Positions 1-9,437 of a DNA stretch of 64,000 bases are shown here, in pieces. How positions within the stretch are numbered: the first letter of the stretch is position 1; each line of letters opens with the position of its first letter. The translations under genes and the position numbers were made by a program. The stretch comes from Candidatus Poribacteria bacterium (GTDB taxonomy: Bacteria; Poribacteria; WGA-4E; PCPOR2b). The notes below the pieces were generated by a model, which searched no databases, was not told the origin of the DNA, and was given only the letters and a program-made list of their open reading frames with translations. Where the stretch lies: assembly GCA_965208325.1 (NCBI GenBank), contig OZ242326.1, positions 1,920,001-1,984,000 of the forward strand, written 5' to 3'.

Positions 1-626
1 AAGCTTATGAAAGTTACACACTCACGGCAGTTGACGGGGGCACCGAATTAACGCTCGATGCCGAAGTTCCGTCGGCGTATAAGGCTTACTTGGAAGACGT
101 ATGGCCCAAGGCGCTGGCGGCAGTTAAGGAACTCGCTGAAAAAAAATCAGATGACAATGTGAGCAGTGAATCGCAAATGAAAAAAATGCGCCATTCAATC
201 AGTATTTCAGCGCCGCGGGCTGCCGTGTGGCGAGTACTGCTTGAGGAGGCGACCTATAAAGAGTGGACGGCAGTATTTGCTGGAGGTTCATATTTTGAAG
301 GGGACTGGAGCGAAGGCAGTACGATCCGTTTCCTCACGCCAGAAAAGGACGGCATGGTCGGGGTGATTGCGGAAAACCGGGAGCACGAATTTGTGTCAAT
401 CAAGCACCTCGGCTATGTACACAAAGGTGTTGATGACACGGAAAGTGACGCGGTAAAGGCTTGGGCGCCCGCTTATGAAAATTATAAGCTGAATGAAGTT
501 GACGGTGGCACCGAGTTAGTGGTTGAAATGGAAATTACTTCGGCGGAGGAGGGCTATTTTGAAGACGTGATGCCCCAGGCGCTGAAGATTATTAAAAAAT
601 TAGCTGAAACATCGGAGGAATCATGA
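1..626 (+). CDS. Tandem two-domain SRPBCC/START-like (Aha1-type) protein, 5' end outside window
   Basis: The frame is open from base 3 (AYESYTLTAVDGGTELTLDAEVPSAYKAYLEDVWPKAL...) into ORF 90..626. The upstream part matches the end of the second domain (AYENYKLNEVDGGTELVVEME...FEDVMPQAL). The second domain starts SISISAPRAAVWRVL. Confidence 0.7.
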   Translation, partial: AYESYTLTAVDGGTELTLDAEVPSAYKAYLEDVWPKALAAVKELAEKKSDDNVSSESQMKKMRHSISISAPRAAVWRVLLEEATYKEWTAVFAGGSYFEGDWSEGSTIRFLTPEKDGMVGVIAENREHEFVSIKHLGYVHKGVDDTESDAVKAWAPAYENYKLNEVDGGTELVVEMEITSAEEGYFEDVMPQALKIIKKLAETSEES

Positions 627-1021
627 TTCGAAATACGTACATTAATCTACCGGTTAAGGATTTGAATGAAACTAGGGAGTTCTTCTCGCAGGTGGGTTTT
701 GATTTTGATGAAGACTTTAGCGGCGAAGAATGCGTGTGTATGGTCATCGCGGACGGGAGTTTTGCGATGCTGGTGGCTGAGTCGTTTTTCCAACAGTTTA
801 CCAAGAAAGAGATTGCCGACGCATCGAAGACAACCGAGGTGGTCACTGCACTTTCCGCCGACAGCCGAGACGAGGTTGACGAGATGATGAGCAGGGCACT
901 CAACGCAGGCGGCGCGGAACCGATACCGGTCGTGAACCAAGGCTGGATGTATTGCAGGACGTTTGAAGACCCGAATGGACACATTTGGGAAGTGTTCCAC
1001 ATGAGCCAAGGTGACGAGTAA
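623..1021 (+). CDS. VOC/glyoxalase family protein
   Basis: YINLPVKDL...FF..GF start and GWMYCRTFEDPNGHIWEV end; ATGA overlap with upstream gene. Confidence 0.85.
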   Translation: MIRNTYINLPVKDLNETREFFSQVGFDFDEDFSGEECVCMVIADGSFAMLVAESFFQQFTKKEIADASKTTEVVTALSADSRDEVDEMMSRALNAGGAEPIPVVNQGWMYCRTFEDPNGHIWEVFHMSQGDE

Positions 1022-1127
1022 GTCGCGGATATAAACATACATACCGCGCGGGGCTGAGAACAACGTCCGGTTCACGGCAACGATTTAGCGCCGTAAACTC
1101 CGTCCCGCGCCGAAAGGAAAAAATAAC

Positions 1128-1505
1128 ATGACTCAACACTACAACCCCGTCGGATGGTTCGAGATTCCCGTGATAGATTTGGACAGAGCAAAACAATTCT
1201 ACGAAGCCGTGATGGATGTGGAGCTTACGCCCATGACACTGGGAGCCGCGGAGATGGCATGGTTTCCCGTTGTCGAAGACGCCATTGGCGCCGCCGGTAC
1301 GCTTATCAAAGCGGAGGGTTTGACGCCGTCGCATGCCGGCACGTTGATATACTTTACCGCGCCCGACATTGAGGGAACATTGGAGCGAGTCGGCGCCAAC
1401 GGCGGCGAGACGCTGCTGCCCAAGACTAGCATCGGCGAATACGGTTTCATCGCCCACTTCGAGGATACCGAAGGGAATCGATTGGCGTTGCATTGTAGAG
1501 CGTAA
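1128..1505 (+). CDS. VOC/glyoxalase family protein
   Basis: PVGWFEIPVIDLDRAKQFY ... GFIAHFEDTEGNRLALH; aagga RBS upstream. Confidence 0.85.
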   Translation: MTQHYNPVGWFEIPVIDLDRAKQFYEAVMDVELTPMTLGAAEMAWFPVVEDAIGAAGTLIKAEGLTPSHAGTLIYFTAPDIEGTLERVGANGGETLLPKTSIGEYGFIAHFEDTEGNRLALHCRA

Positions 1506-1640
1506 CGTGCGGTAGGGCGCGATTCGGCGAGTGGTTGACGGGGACGGTAGAGATTATCAGGTTTTTGGGTGACGGAAAGTTTTTTCCGTCCGGATTTTTG
1601 ATACCTGTGGAGACTTTGATTTGCACCACTGACGAATTTC

Positions 1641-1770
1641 AATATACCTGTCGCCCCGCTGGGGCTTTTGTATGCGGTAGTTTAGTTTTCTATACACCTT
1701 TCGCCCCTCCGGGGCTTTCCTGTCGGGCGCCACTTTGTTGCTATACACCTGTCGCCGCGCTGGGGTTTTT
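1641..1770 (+). repeat. Three direct copies of REP-like palindrome family F (ctatacacctgtcgccccgctggggc)
   Basis: Copies near 1643, 1690 and 1741. The same motif occurs at 4404-4478 (opposite strand), 32898-32968, 47385, 47925 and 52623. Confidence 0.7.
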
Positions 1771-1794
1771 GAGGAAGGGTTATTTTTAATATTG

Positions 1795-2280
1795 ATGATA
1801 GACGAGAGTTGGTACGAGCGTCCGCCCGGCGTTCCGGATCGGACTTCTGCGGGCGGTGTCGTTGCACGGATAGAAGATGGGCAGATTTATGTCGCGCTTG
1901 TCGGCGAGGTCGGGCTTACGGAGCGGGTCTTGCCGAAGGGCGGCGTGGAGTCTGGCGAAAGTCTGGAAGGTGCGGCACGCAGGGAAATCGAAGAAGAGGC
2001 GGGCTTATCCTCGCTGGAACTGATTGGAAAAGTCGGCACACGCGAACGCCTATCGTATGACAGAGTTTGGTGGATTACGGCGCACTATTTCCTGTTTGCC
2101 ACGGAGCAGGCGGCGGGTATTCCAACGGATGTCGACCACCACTACGAACTGGCATGGAGTCCGATCGATAGACTGACGGCGATTTTCTGGCCCGAACAGC
2201 GCGAATTGATAGAGACAAACCGAGACCGGATTGTTGGGCTTGTGGAGGAGCATTGGTTTACGGTGCAAAGAGAATCGTGA
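1795..2280 (+). CDS. NUDIX hydrolase
   Basis: Nudix box GGVESGESLEGAARREIEEEAGL; ATG at 1795 chosen because the upstream in-frame part is REP DNA. Confidence 0.88.
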   Translation: MIDESWYERPPGVPDRTSAGGVVARIEDGQIYVALVGEVGLTERVLPKGGVESGESLEGAARREIEEEAGLSSLELIGKVGTRERLSYDRVWWITAHYFLFATEQAAGIPTDVDHHYELAWSPIDRLTAIFWPEQRELIETNRDRIVGLVEEHWFTVQRES

Positions 2281-2335
2281 TTGATTTAAGATCCGCCTGA
2301 ATATTAAGACGTGAAGACAAACGAAGGTATATACT

Positions 2336-3766
2336 ATGAATAGCCAGCGACCTAAACCCGCGACGTTTCGATTTAAGAATATTGGTCCTGTCAAGGACGC
2401 GGAAGTGGAACTCGGGGACCTCACAATCATCGCTGGGCGCAACAATACCGGCAAGACCTACATAGTATACACGCTCTACGGCTTCCTGAAAATGTTGCAA
2501 GGCCGGAATCGCGGAGACTATTTCTTAGAAGACGCGATGAATCATAACACTGACTTTGCGGACATACGGTGGATTATTGAGGAGGTAAGCAGAGAAGGTC
2601 GAGCGAGCATTTCCTTGGATAGAGAAAAAATTCGCCAGCAGCAACAGCTAGTAATTCAGCAACTCGCCCGCGTTTACTCGAAAGATGCTCTACGCTTAAC
2701 GTTTAGCACTCGCCACAGCGATTTCAAAGATTCTTCCATTGAGGTCGAACTCAATGAAACTGAACCCAGCAATTACTTCAATGTCATTGGAGAACTCCAC
2801 GGGGGCGTTCAATTTTCAATTGATTACGACGGCAGCAATTTTAGCGTTGCTGTGGATGCAACAAAAGACCAGCGGCAGATTTTAGATTTTGAATCCGAAA
2901 TCGCGCGCTATTACTTTTCGCTTCTCCTGTACAATCTGTTTCCTGACCCGCTCATTCTGTCCGCTGAACGGTTTGGCATCTCCCTTTTCTACAAGGAATT
3001 AGACTTTACCAAGAACCAATTGGTCGATCTGTTACAGAAAATGGGCGATGCGAAGAGCAGAGATTGGATTTCTCCATTTCTATTGATAGACAAGACCACA
3101 AGCCGCTACGCACTTCCAATTAAAGATAATATTGATTACACCAGAGACATTCCCAATCTCCAAGAGAGCAAAAGCGACGTTTTCGAGAGTAAGCTGTTTG
3201 ACGATATTAAAGACATGATGGACGGCTACTACGGAAATTCGGGCGATGACATTCGTTTCATATCCAAGGCACGCGGCAAGGGACGCAGTTACAACATACC
3301 GCTGCATCTGGCTTCGTCTTCGGCGCGCGGACTATCCGATCTCTACTTCTTTTTACGTCATGCGGCGCAGAAAAACCATCTCCTAATCGTTGACGAACCG
3401 GAGAGTCATCTTGATACATCCAACCAGATTCTCTTGGCGCGATTACTGGCGCGGTGCGTGCGGGCTGGACTGAAGGTTTTGATAACCACGCACAGCGACT
3501 ACCTCATCAAAGAGATTAATAACCTCGTTATGCTAAGTAGACCATTTGCAGACAAGGAGGCTGTCGTAAAGAAACTCAAATACAACCCCGAGGACTTCAT
3601 CAACCCGGATTCTATCCGCGCTTATGTAGCACAAGACAACAGCCTAACCCGATGCGAGGTGGACAAATTCGGCATCGACATGCCGGTCTTCGACGAAACC
3701 ATCGACAGGATTAACAGGGTGGCAAACGATTTAGCATCGCGAATGTCAGATGAGTCGGAGGCGTAA
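2336..3766 (+). CDS. ABC-type (AAA_15/AAA_21-like) ATPase, defence-associated
   Basis: FKNIGPVK start, Walker A GRNNTGKT, signature-like LASSSARGL, Walker B/D-loop IVDEPESHL, H-loop ITTHSD. Confidence 0.85.
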   Translation: MNSQRPKPATFRFKNIGPVKDAEVELGDLTIIAGRNNTGKTYIVYTLYGFLKMLQGRNRGDYFLEDAMNHNTDFADIRWIIEEVSREGRASISLDREKIRQQQQLVIQQLARVYSKDALRLTFSTRHSDFKDSSIEVELNETEPSNYFNVIGELHGGVQFSIDYDGSNFSVAVDATKDQRQILDFESEIARYYFSLLLYNLFPDPLILSAERFGISLFYKELDFTKNQLVDLLQKMGDAKSRDWISPFLLIDKTTSRYALPIKDNIDYTRDIPNLQESKSDVFESKLFDDIKDMMDGYYGNSGDDIRFISKARGKGRSYNIPLHLASSSARGLSDLYFFLRHAAQKNHLLIVDEPESHLDTSNQILLARLLARCVRAGLKVLITTHSDYLIKEINNLVMLSRPFADKEAVVKKLKYNPEDFINPDSIRAYVAQDNSLTRCEVDKFGIDMPVFDETIDRINRVANDLASRMSDESEA

Positions 3767-4310
3767 AGACGTGTTGGCAACAAATCTGAAAAATATGCTG
3801 GCGGATAAAGCGCTGGTGTCGCCGAGAAAGGATGGAAGAACTGTTTTACGAGAAAAGGACGTGATGGAGTTCGAAGTCGCCGATATTCCTTCCGACATCA
3901 CCATAATAAATATGCGGCGCATTGGCAGTTTATCGGGGGTGAAAGAGGGCGAATGGAAGCAAGTTTGTGATTATCTCTTTCTTTTTGAGGAGGAAGGCAA
4001 GGATTACGCGGTATTCGTTGAATTGAAGAAGACTTTAAATGAAGAAAACGAGAAGGGTATGGAACAGCTACGGCGATCGCTCCCGTTCTTGGAATTCCTC
4101 CGTTCGCTATGTGAAATACATCATAGCGCCAAGTCTGCCAAACTGAGAATAATTGTGCGCTATTCACTTGTCGGCAATCAGATTAGTCAAAGGCTCGATA
4201 AACAACACGTCAAGGCAGGTTATGCGCTGGCTTCGAAGAATCACAGAGGCATATCGGTAGATATGTTGTTTGGAGAAAGAATTCGTTTTCGCAGTCTGAT
4301 AGGCGCTTGA
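3750..4310 (+). CDS. Small PD-(D/E)XK-like protein, putative nuclease partner of the upstream ATPase
   Basis: Overlaps the ATPase stop; motif VCDYLFL...AVFVELKK...EQL; homologous pattern in 30870..31337. Confidence 0.55.
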   Translation: MSRRRKDVLATNLKNMLADKALVSPRKDGRTVLREKDVMEFEVADIPSDITIINMRRIGSLSGVKEGEWKQVCDYLFLFEEEGKDYAVFVELKKTLNEENEKGMEQLRRSLPFLEFLRSLCEIHHSAKSAKLRIIVRYSLVGNQISQRLDKQHVKAGYALASKNHRGISVDMLFGERIRFRSLIGA

Positions 4311-4399
4311 CTTCTAGAGGCCGCCGCTTATGCGATTCACTGAGCGGTTAACCAATGCGATAGAGATTAGGAGGTGTATAGAATCGTGATGAACCACCT

Positions 4400-4537
4400 A
4401 CCTAAGCGCCAGCGGCGCGACAGGTGTATAGCAACATCAAACCTCTCTACACCCAAGCCCCAGCGGGGCGACAGGTATTTTGCCGTGGGAGAGGCTTCCT
4501 AGCCTCGATAATCGGGAGAAGGATCTCCCTCCCACAA
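4400..4537 (-). repeat. REP-like palindrome cluster (two family F copies plus gtgggagaggcttcctagcctcgat, family E)
   Basis: agcgccagcggcgcgacaggtgtatag and agccccagcggggcgacaggtatt are reverse complements of the 1641-1770 motif. 4485-4510 is the reverse complement of atcgaggctaggaagcctctcccac at about 48312. Confidence 0.7.
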
Positions 4538-4648
4538 CATTGACCCACGCGATTTTTCGGACTTACGGATTACACCTTAATCCCTCCAAAATTCCCACCC
4601 CGATAATCTTCCCGAATACTGCCTTTATAACATGTGATATAGTTCAAC

Positions 4649-4678
4649 TTGACATGCACACGATGCGCATGGTATAAT
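4649..4678 (+). promoter_or_regulatory. Consensus sigma70 promoter for the defence operon
   Basis: TTGACA (4649-4654), 18-nt spacer, TGn-TATAAT (4673-4678), 37 nt before ATG 4716. Confidence 0.7.
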
Positions 4679-4715
4679 TGGATTTTATCAATGCCATATA
4701 CTCATCGGGAAAATC

Positions 4716-7700
4716 ATGTCAGCCATTTTACCAACAGACTATCCGCAGAAAATTAAAGACCTGCGCGGCACGAAGGGTTTAACGCAGACGCATTTTGCGG
4801 AGCTCGTCGGCGTCTCCTTCGCCACCGTTAACCGTTGGGAAAATGCGCAATCTCGCCCAAACAATTTGGCGTGGAAACGCATCGTTGAGTTGGCGGCGTC
4901 GAGCGACGCGGAGCAAGCGGCACAACCCGTACCCGACGACTCGCCAAGCATGGATTTTGCCGCCGACCCGAACGCGGTCTCGGCGGTTGCAGAGGCGCAC
5001 CGCTTGGCATACGGCCACCTATTTAACCCGGCGTTCGCCACGGAAACCTCGCTAATCGACCCGCTTCCGCACCAGCGCATCGCGGTTTACGAAAAGATGC
5101 TGGGGCAGAAGCCGTTACGTTTCTTGCTGGCGGACGACGCCGGCGCCGGCAAGACCATCATGACGGGTTTGTACGTCCGCGAGATGCTGTCCCGCCGGCT
5201 CATCCGCCGCGTGCTCATCGTACCGCCTGCCGGTCTCGTGGGAAACTGGGTGCAGGAGATGCGCAAGCTGTTTCGGTTGTCGTTCCGCATCATCAGGGGC
5301 GATGACGCGCGAGACGGCAACCCTTTCAGCGGCGCCGAGAGCGATCAGGTCATCGTCAGCGTGGACACCTTGGTAACGCAGCGGGTTTTTGACCGCCTTA
5401 GAGACCCTCGAACGGAGCCCTACGACCTTGCGGTCTTCGACGAGGCGCACAAGCTGTCTGCGAATCGGCTGCCGGATTTCCGGGTGCGCAAGACGAATCG
5501 GTACAGGCTGGCGGAGGCTATCGCCGGGGTTGAAGTGGACAGCGACGACTGGAAATTTCCGCAACCCGCCCAGCACCTGCTGCTGCTGACCGCGACACCG
5601 CACATGGGCAAGGACTTTCCCTACTATTACTTGTGGCGCCTGCTGCTGCCGGAAGCGCTCTCGACCTATGACGCCTTCGATAGATTTCCCCGCGAACTTC
5701 GAGAGCGGCATTTCATCCGCCGCACCAAGGAGGAGATGCTGCATTACAACGAGAAACCGTTGTATCCGCAGCGTAACTGCGACACGTTGAGCTACAATCT
5801 CTCGCACGGTCCTGAAGGCGAGCAGGAGCTCTACGACGAGACGACAGAATACATCCGCGACTACTACAACCGCGCGAAAGTCTTGAACCGTTCAGCCGCA
5901 CAATTGGCGATGAGCGTCTTCCAACGGCGTCTCGCCAGTTCCACCTATGCACTCATGCGATCATTCGAGCGCCGGAGAGAGAAGTTGGAAGGGATGATTG
6001 ACGACATCATGAGCGGACGGCTCACTGAGGAACAGTTCGCCAGCCAGCAACAGCGTCTCAATGTCCCTAACGACGTATTCGATACATCAACCGCTGATGA
6101 GACCGAGGACGACCAGAACGAAGCACACGAAAATCAAGCGCTCGGCGGCACCACGGCTTTTAACCTAACCGAGTTAGCGGCGGAGAGGGGTGAGGTCGAG
6201 GCGTTGTTGAATAAGTCACGGAAATTGTTGGACGCGGGCGAGGAATCCAAATTTGAGAAACTGCGAGAAGTTCTGCGTCATCCGAACTACATCAACGAGA
6301 AATTCATCATCTTCACCGAACACCGCGACACGGCTGAGTTTCTGGTGCGCCGGTTGGAAGGTCTTGGATTCACAGATCAGGTTGCGCTTATCCACGGCGG
6401 ACTAGACTACCGCGAACGCGAGGGGCAGGTGGAGTTTTTCCGCCGTTCTGCGGAGAAAGGCGGGGCGAACTATCTCGTAGCGACAGACGCCGCGGGTGAG
6501 GGGATTAACCTCCAGTTCTGCTGGTTGATGGTGAACTACGATATCCCATGGAATCCAGCGCGGCTTGAGCAGCGCATGGGGCGAATCCATCGTTACGGCC
6601 AAAAGCACGACCCCGTGGTGATAGTTAATCTGGTTGCGGGCGGCACACGCGAGGGGCGTGTATTGAAAACGCTGCTCGATAAACTTCAGGTTATCCGAGA
6701 GCAGCTTCAATCCGACAAAGTGTTCGATGTGGTTGGGCGTCTATTTGAGGGTGTATCCATGACCGAATATCTTCGGCAGGCGCTTACCGACGATGTTGAG
6801 GACGTCACCGAGCGGTTGGAGGGCAACCTAACGGAAGACCAAGTTCGAGCACTAGCGCGAAAAGAGCAGGTTCTGTACGGCGGCGGCGGCGACGTGCGCC
6901 GCAGACTGCCGCAACTCAACGCGGAGACGGAGCAGGAAATCTATCGTCAACTGCTGCCGGGTTATGTGCGCCGTTTTGTGGAGCGCGCCGCGCCGCTGCT
7001 CGATTTGCGCATTGACGGCGACCCTGACACCGCCTTCAGCTTGATACCGAACCGACCGCGTGCGTCTGATCCCTTGCTCACCTCGCTTGAGCGGTATTCC
7101 GAGGGTGCGCGCCAGCTACTAACGGTGTACAAACCGACGAGCCGGGAAGATGCCGTCTGGATGCACCCCGGCGAGCCCGTGTTCGATTGCCTTTCAGATG
7201 CCATCCTAGAGCGGTTTGGACGCGCCGGACGACAGGGCGCCGTGTACACCGATCCCTATGCCGCCGAGGCGTATCTGTTCCACATTGCGCTGGTTTCTGT
7301 TGAACAGCGCGGCAGAGAAGACGAGATGACCGACCTGTTTGATGACCGTTCTGAGCGTGAAAACGCGCCTAAGCCGCTAGAATCACGATTGGTCGGGCTA
7401 CGCCAATCCAGCGACGGTAGCGTCACTGAACTTCCAGTCGAACACCTACTGCTGCTCAGGGGTGCGGGGGGCTTCGCGCCGAGTCGTGTGCCGCTCGCAA
7501 CCTTGGCACGCAGTATGGCTCCAGACGCCCTGGAGTTTGCCCGGGCGGAGATAGGCGAGCGACTGGCGCAGCGCCATCGACAGGGACGATTCGACGACCT
7601 TCCCTCACGTGCGGAGTCGGTCAACCGCGGCTTCGATTTTCAGGCAGCTGAACTTGCGGCTGCCCGATCCCGCCTCAACCAACTTGCACGCGAAGGAGAT

Positions 7701-8315
7701 CGGGACGCGGAGAAGGAACTTGGGGCGGTCAAGGATCGACAGCGCGGCTTAACCGCCTCCCGAAATCGGCGCCTGGCTGAACTGCGAGCCGAACCGGAAC
7801 TGATTCAGGCCGGGGATGCCGCGATCTTGGTGCATGCACTCGTGGTGCCCGTTCAGGACACGGAGGCGGTTGAGCGTTACGACGACGATGTCGAAGCCGT
7901 CGCCGTGGAGGTTGCAACCGCTTACGAGGAGCACCAAGGCGCGGTAGTCACGGATGTCTCGAAGCCTGAACTCGCGCGGCGTGCCGGTTTGATGGATTGG
8001 CCCGGCTTCGATCTCAAGTCCCGCCGTCCAGCAAATGCCGACGGTTCTGTTGAGGAGCGTGCCATTGAGGTTAAGGGGCGCGCCGGATCCGGGGATGTTC
8101 AGATGTCCGAAAATGAATGGGCGCGGGCTTGCAACCTGCGTGAAGATTATTGGCTTTACGTTGTCTTCGACTGCGCGACGCCGCGGCCGCGCTTGGTGCG
8201 AGTTCAGGACCCGTTCGCCAAATTGCTCGTCCGCAGCCGCGAATCTTTGGCGTTCACAATAACCGAGGGGGCACTCAATGAGGCGTCGGCGCCTGTTGAG
8301 GAAACAAGGAGATGA
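4716..8315 (+). CDS. XRE-HTH / SNF2-family (SF2) helicase / C-terminal DUF3883-type PD-(D/E)XK nuclease fusion
   Basis: N-terminal IKDLRGTKGLTQTHFAELVGVSFATVNRWE; LADDAGAGKT, DEAH, LTATPH, NYDIPWNPARLEQRMGRIHRYGQ; C-terminal GFDLKS...AIEVKGR...SENEW...YWLYVV. Confidence 0.9.
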   Translation: MSAILPTDYPQKIKDLRGTKGLTQTHFAELVGVSFATVNRWENAQSRPNNLAWKRIVELAASSDAEQAAQPVPDDSPSMDFAADPNAVSAVAEAHRLAYGHLFNPAFATETSLIDPLPHQRIAVYEKMLGQKPLRFLLADDAGAGKTIMTGLYVREMLSRRLIRRVLIVPPAGLVGNWVQEMRKLFRLSFRIIRGDDARDGNPFSGAESDQVIVSVDTLVTQRVFDRLRDPRTEPYDLAVFDEAHKLSANRLPDFRVRKTNRYRLAEAIAGVEVDSDDWKFPQPAQHLLLLTATPHMGKDFPYYYLWRLLLPEALSTYDAFDRFPRELRERHFIRRTKEEMLHYNEKPLYPQRNCDTLSYNLSHGPEGEQELYDETTEYIRDYYNRAKVLNRSAAQLAMSVFQRRLASSTYALMRSFERRREKLEGMIDDIMSGRLTEEQFASQQQRLNVPNDVFDTSTADETEDDQNEAHENQALGGTTAFNLTELAAERGEVEALLNKSRKLLDAGEESKFEKLREVLRHPNYINEKFIIFTEHRDTAEFLVRRLEGLGFTDQVALIHGGLDYREREGQVEFFRRSAEKGGANYLVATDAAGEGINLQFCWLMVNYDIPWNPARLEQRMGRIHRYGQKHDPVVIVNLVAGGTREGRVLKTLLDKLQVIREQLQSDKVFDVVGRLFEGVSMTEYLRQALTDDVEDVTERLEGNLTEDQVRALARKEQVLYGGGGDVRRRLPQLNAETEQEIYRQLLPGYVRRFVERAAPLLDLRIDGDPDTAFSLIPNRPRASDPLLTSLERYSEGARQLLTVYKPTSREDAVWMHPGEPVFDCLSDAILERFGRAGRQGAVYTDPYAAEAYLFHIALVSVEQRGREDEMTDLFDDRSERENAPKPLESRLVGLRQSSDGSVTELPVEHLLLLRGAGGFAPSRVPLATLARSMAPDALEFARAEIGERLAQRHRQGRFDDLPSRAESVNRGFDFQAAELAAARSRLNQLAREGDRDAEKELGAVKDRQRGLTASRNRRLAELRAEPELIQAGDAAILVHALVVPVQDTEAVERYDDDVEAVAVEVATAYEEHQGAVVTDVSKPELARRAGLMDWPGFDLKSRRPANADGSVEERAIEVKGRAGSGDVQMSENEWARACNLREDYWLYVVFDCATPRPRLVRVQDPFAKLLVRSRESLAFTITEGALNEASAPVEETRR

Positions 8316-8426
8316 GGGGTTTTGAAGGCTTAAAAACTTCAACCCAAACCAGATCGGTTTCGATTGACGAACGATGGTGGGGTGGGGTATAGTGAACAAA
8401 AGCAAACCACTTAGGAGGAGAACACG

Positions 8427-8966
8427 ATGGATGCACTGATTGAAGGATTTAAGGTATTCGCTCCTATTGTATTGGCAATCGTTACAGTAATCGCTTTTGT
8501 GTGGAAAGTGCCAAGCAAGAAAGACATGCAAAGGGGGGACGACGCTCTCCGAGCGATGCTGAACAATCTTTCTGATAGAATTGACGCAAATTCTCGGACA
8601 ACACATGTGGAGATTACTAAACTCAATGACAAGATGGACGCAAATTCTCGGACAACACATGTGGAAATCACGAAACTCAATGAGAAGGTTGACGCAAATT
8701 CTCGGACAACGCATGCGGAGATCGCCACACTCAATGACAAGATGGACGCCAACTTCCGCACGGTCTATGACAAGATGGACGCCAACTTTCAGACAGTCTA
8801 TGCTGATATCCGTACACTGAACGGCAAGATAGAATCTTATTCTCAGGCAACCCATGAGAGGATTGACAAGGCGACGGCGGAACTCCGCGCAGACATCAAG
8901 ACGATGAATCAGAACTACATCGATCACCTAGCTCGACACGAGGAGCAGGCACTGAAAGCACGCTAA
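8427..8966 (+). CDS. Membrane-anchored coiled-coil protein with internal tandem repeats
   Basis: aggagg RBS; N-terminal hydrophobic helix; repeats of DANSRTTHVEITKLNDKM. Confidence 0.7.
   Translation: MDALIEGFKVFAPIVLAIVTVIAFVWKVPSKKDMQRGDDALRAMLNNLSDRIDANSRTTHVEITKLNDKMDANSRTTHVEITKLNEKVDANSRTTHAEIATLNDKMDANFRTVYDKMDANFQTVYADIRTLNGKIESYSQATHERIDKATAELRADIKTMNQNYIDHLARHEEQALKAR
8583..8802 (+). repeat. In-frame tandem repeat: 3 x 54 bp plus two shorter (about 33 bp) variants
   Basis: gacgcaaattctcggacaac at 8583, 8637 and 8691; gacgccaactt at 8745 and 8778. Confidence 0.9.
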
Positions 8967-8989
8967 ACTCATGGCGATTGAGTTGTGAT

Positions 8990-9305
8990 GGAGACCGAAA
9001 ATGGGGATGGTTAACGCAAGCGCGACCGACAGCCTCGTCCCGCGACTGCACGTGGAAGCCATCAATCTCAAACCCGAAGCGAAACGGACGTACCTTTTGG
9101 CAGATGTTACGGAAAATCAGATTGATATTGCAGTTGCACGAATTGAATTTATGGGTGAAATTGTATGGGCACCGCGCTATGTGGAGAGGAAAACATCAAG
9201 CCGCTGCACGGCGTCACAGCGCTAGAGTCATTGGGTATCGAAATCGATCCGTTCAACCAACAACTGAAGAACCTGCCGGCGGTGCGGCTGAAGGACATCG
9301 GATGA
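8990..9305 (+). pseudogene. Decayed clan AA (retropepsin-like) aspartyl protease gene
   Basis: Frame 1 VNASATDSLVPRLHVEAINLKPEAKRTYLLAD...IEFMGEIV, frameshift near 9166, then GTALCGEENIKPLHGVTALESLGIEIDPFNQQLKNLPAVRLKDIG* ending 9305. Catalytic DTG is replaced by NAS. Confidence 0.7.
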
Positions 9306-9437
9306 TTCTGGCAGTAGCAACACGCTCTAATCGTGTGAAACTAACGGTTGAAAAATTCGGAGATTATTCCATTCGCGCGAGACCAAAGACTATATTTCAA
9401 ATTACCACGCCGGTGCGTGGGAAGGGACAACGGGACA

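Noticed and set aside
7749..8927. 392-aa minus-strand ORF with Cys-containing repeats
   Set aside because: Antisense shadow of the helicase 3' end and of the repeat-containing coiled-coil gene, which has a clear RBS and TM helix.
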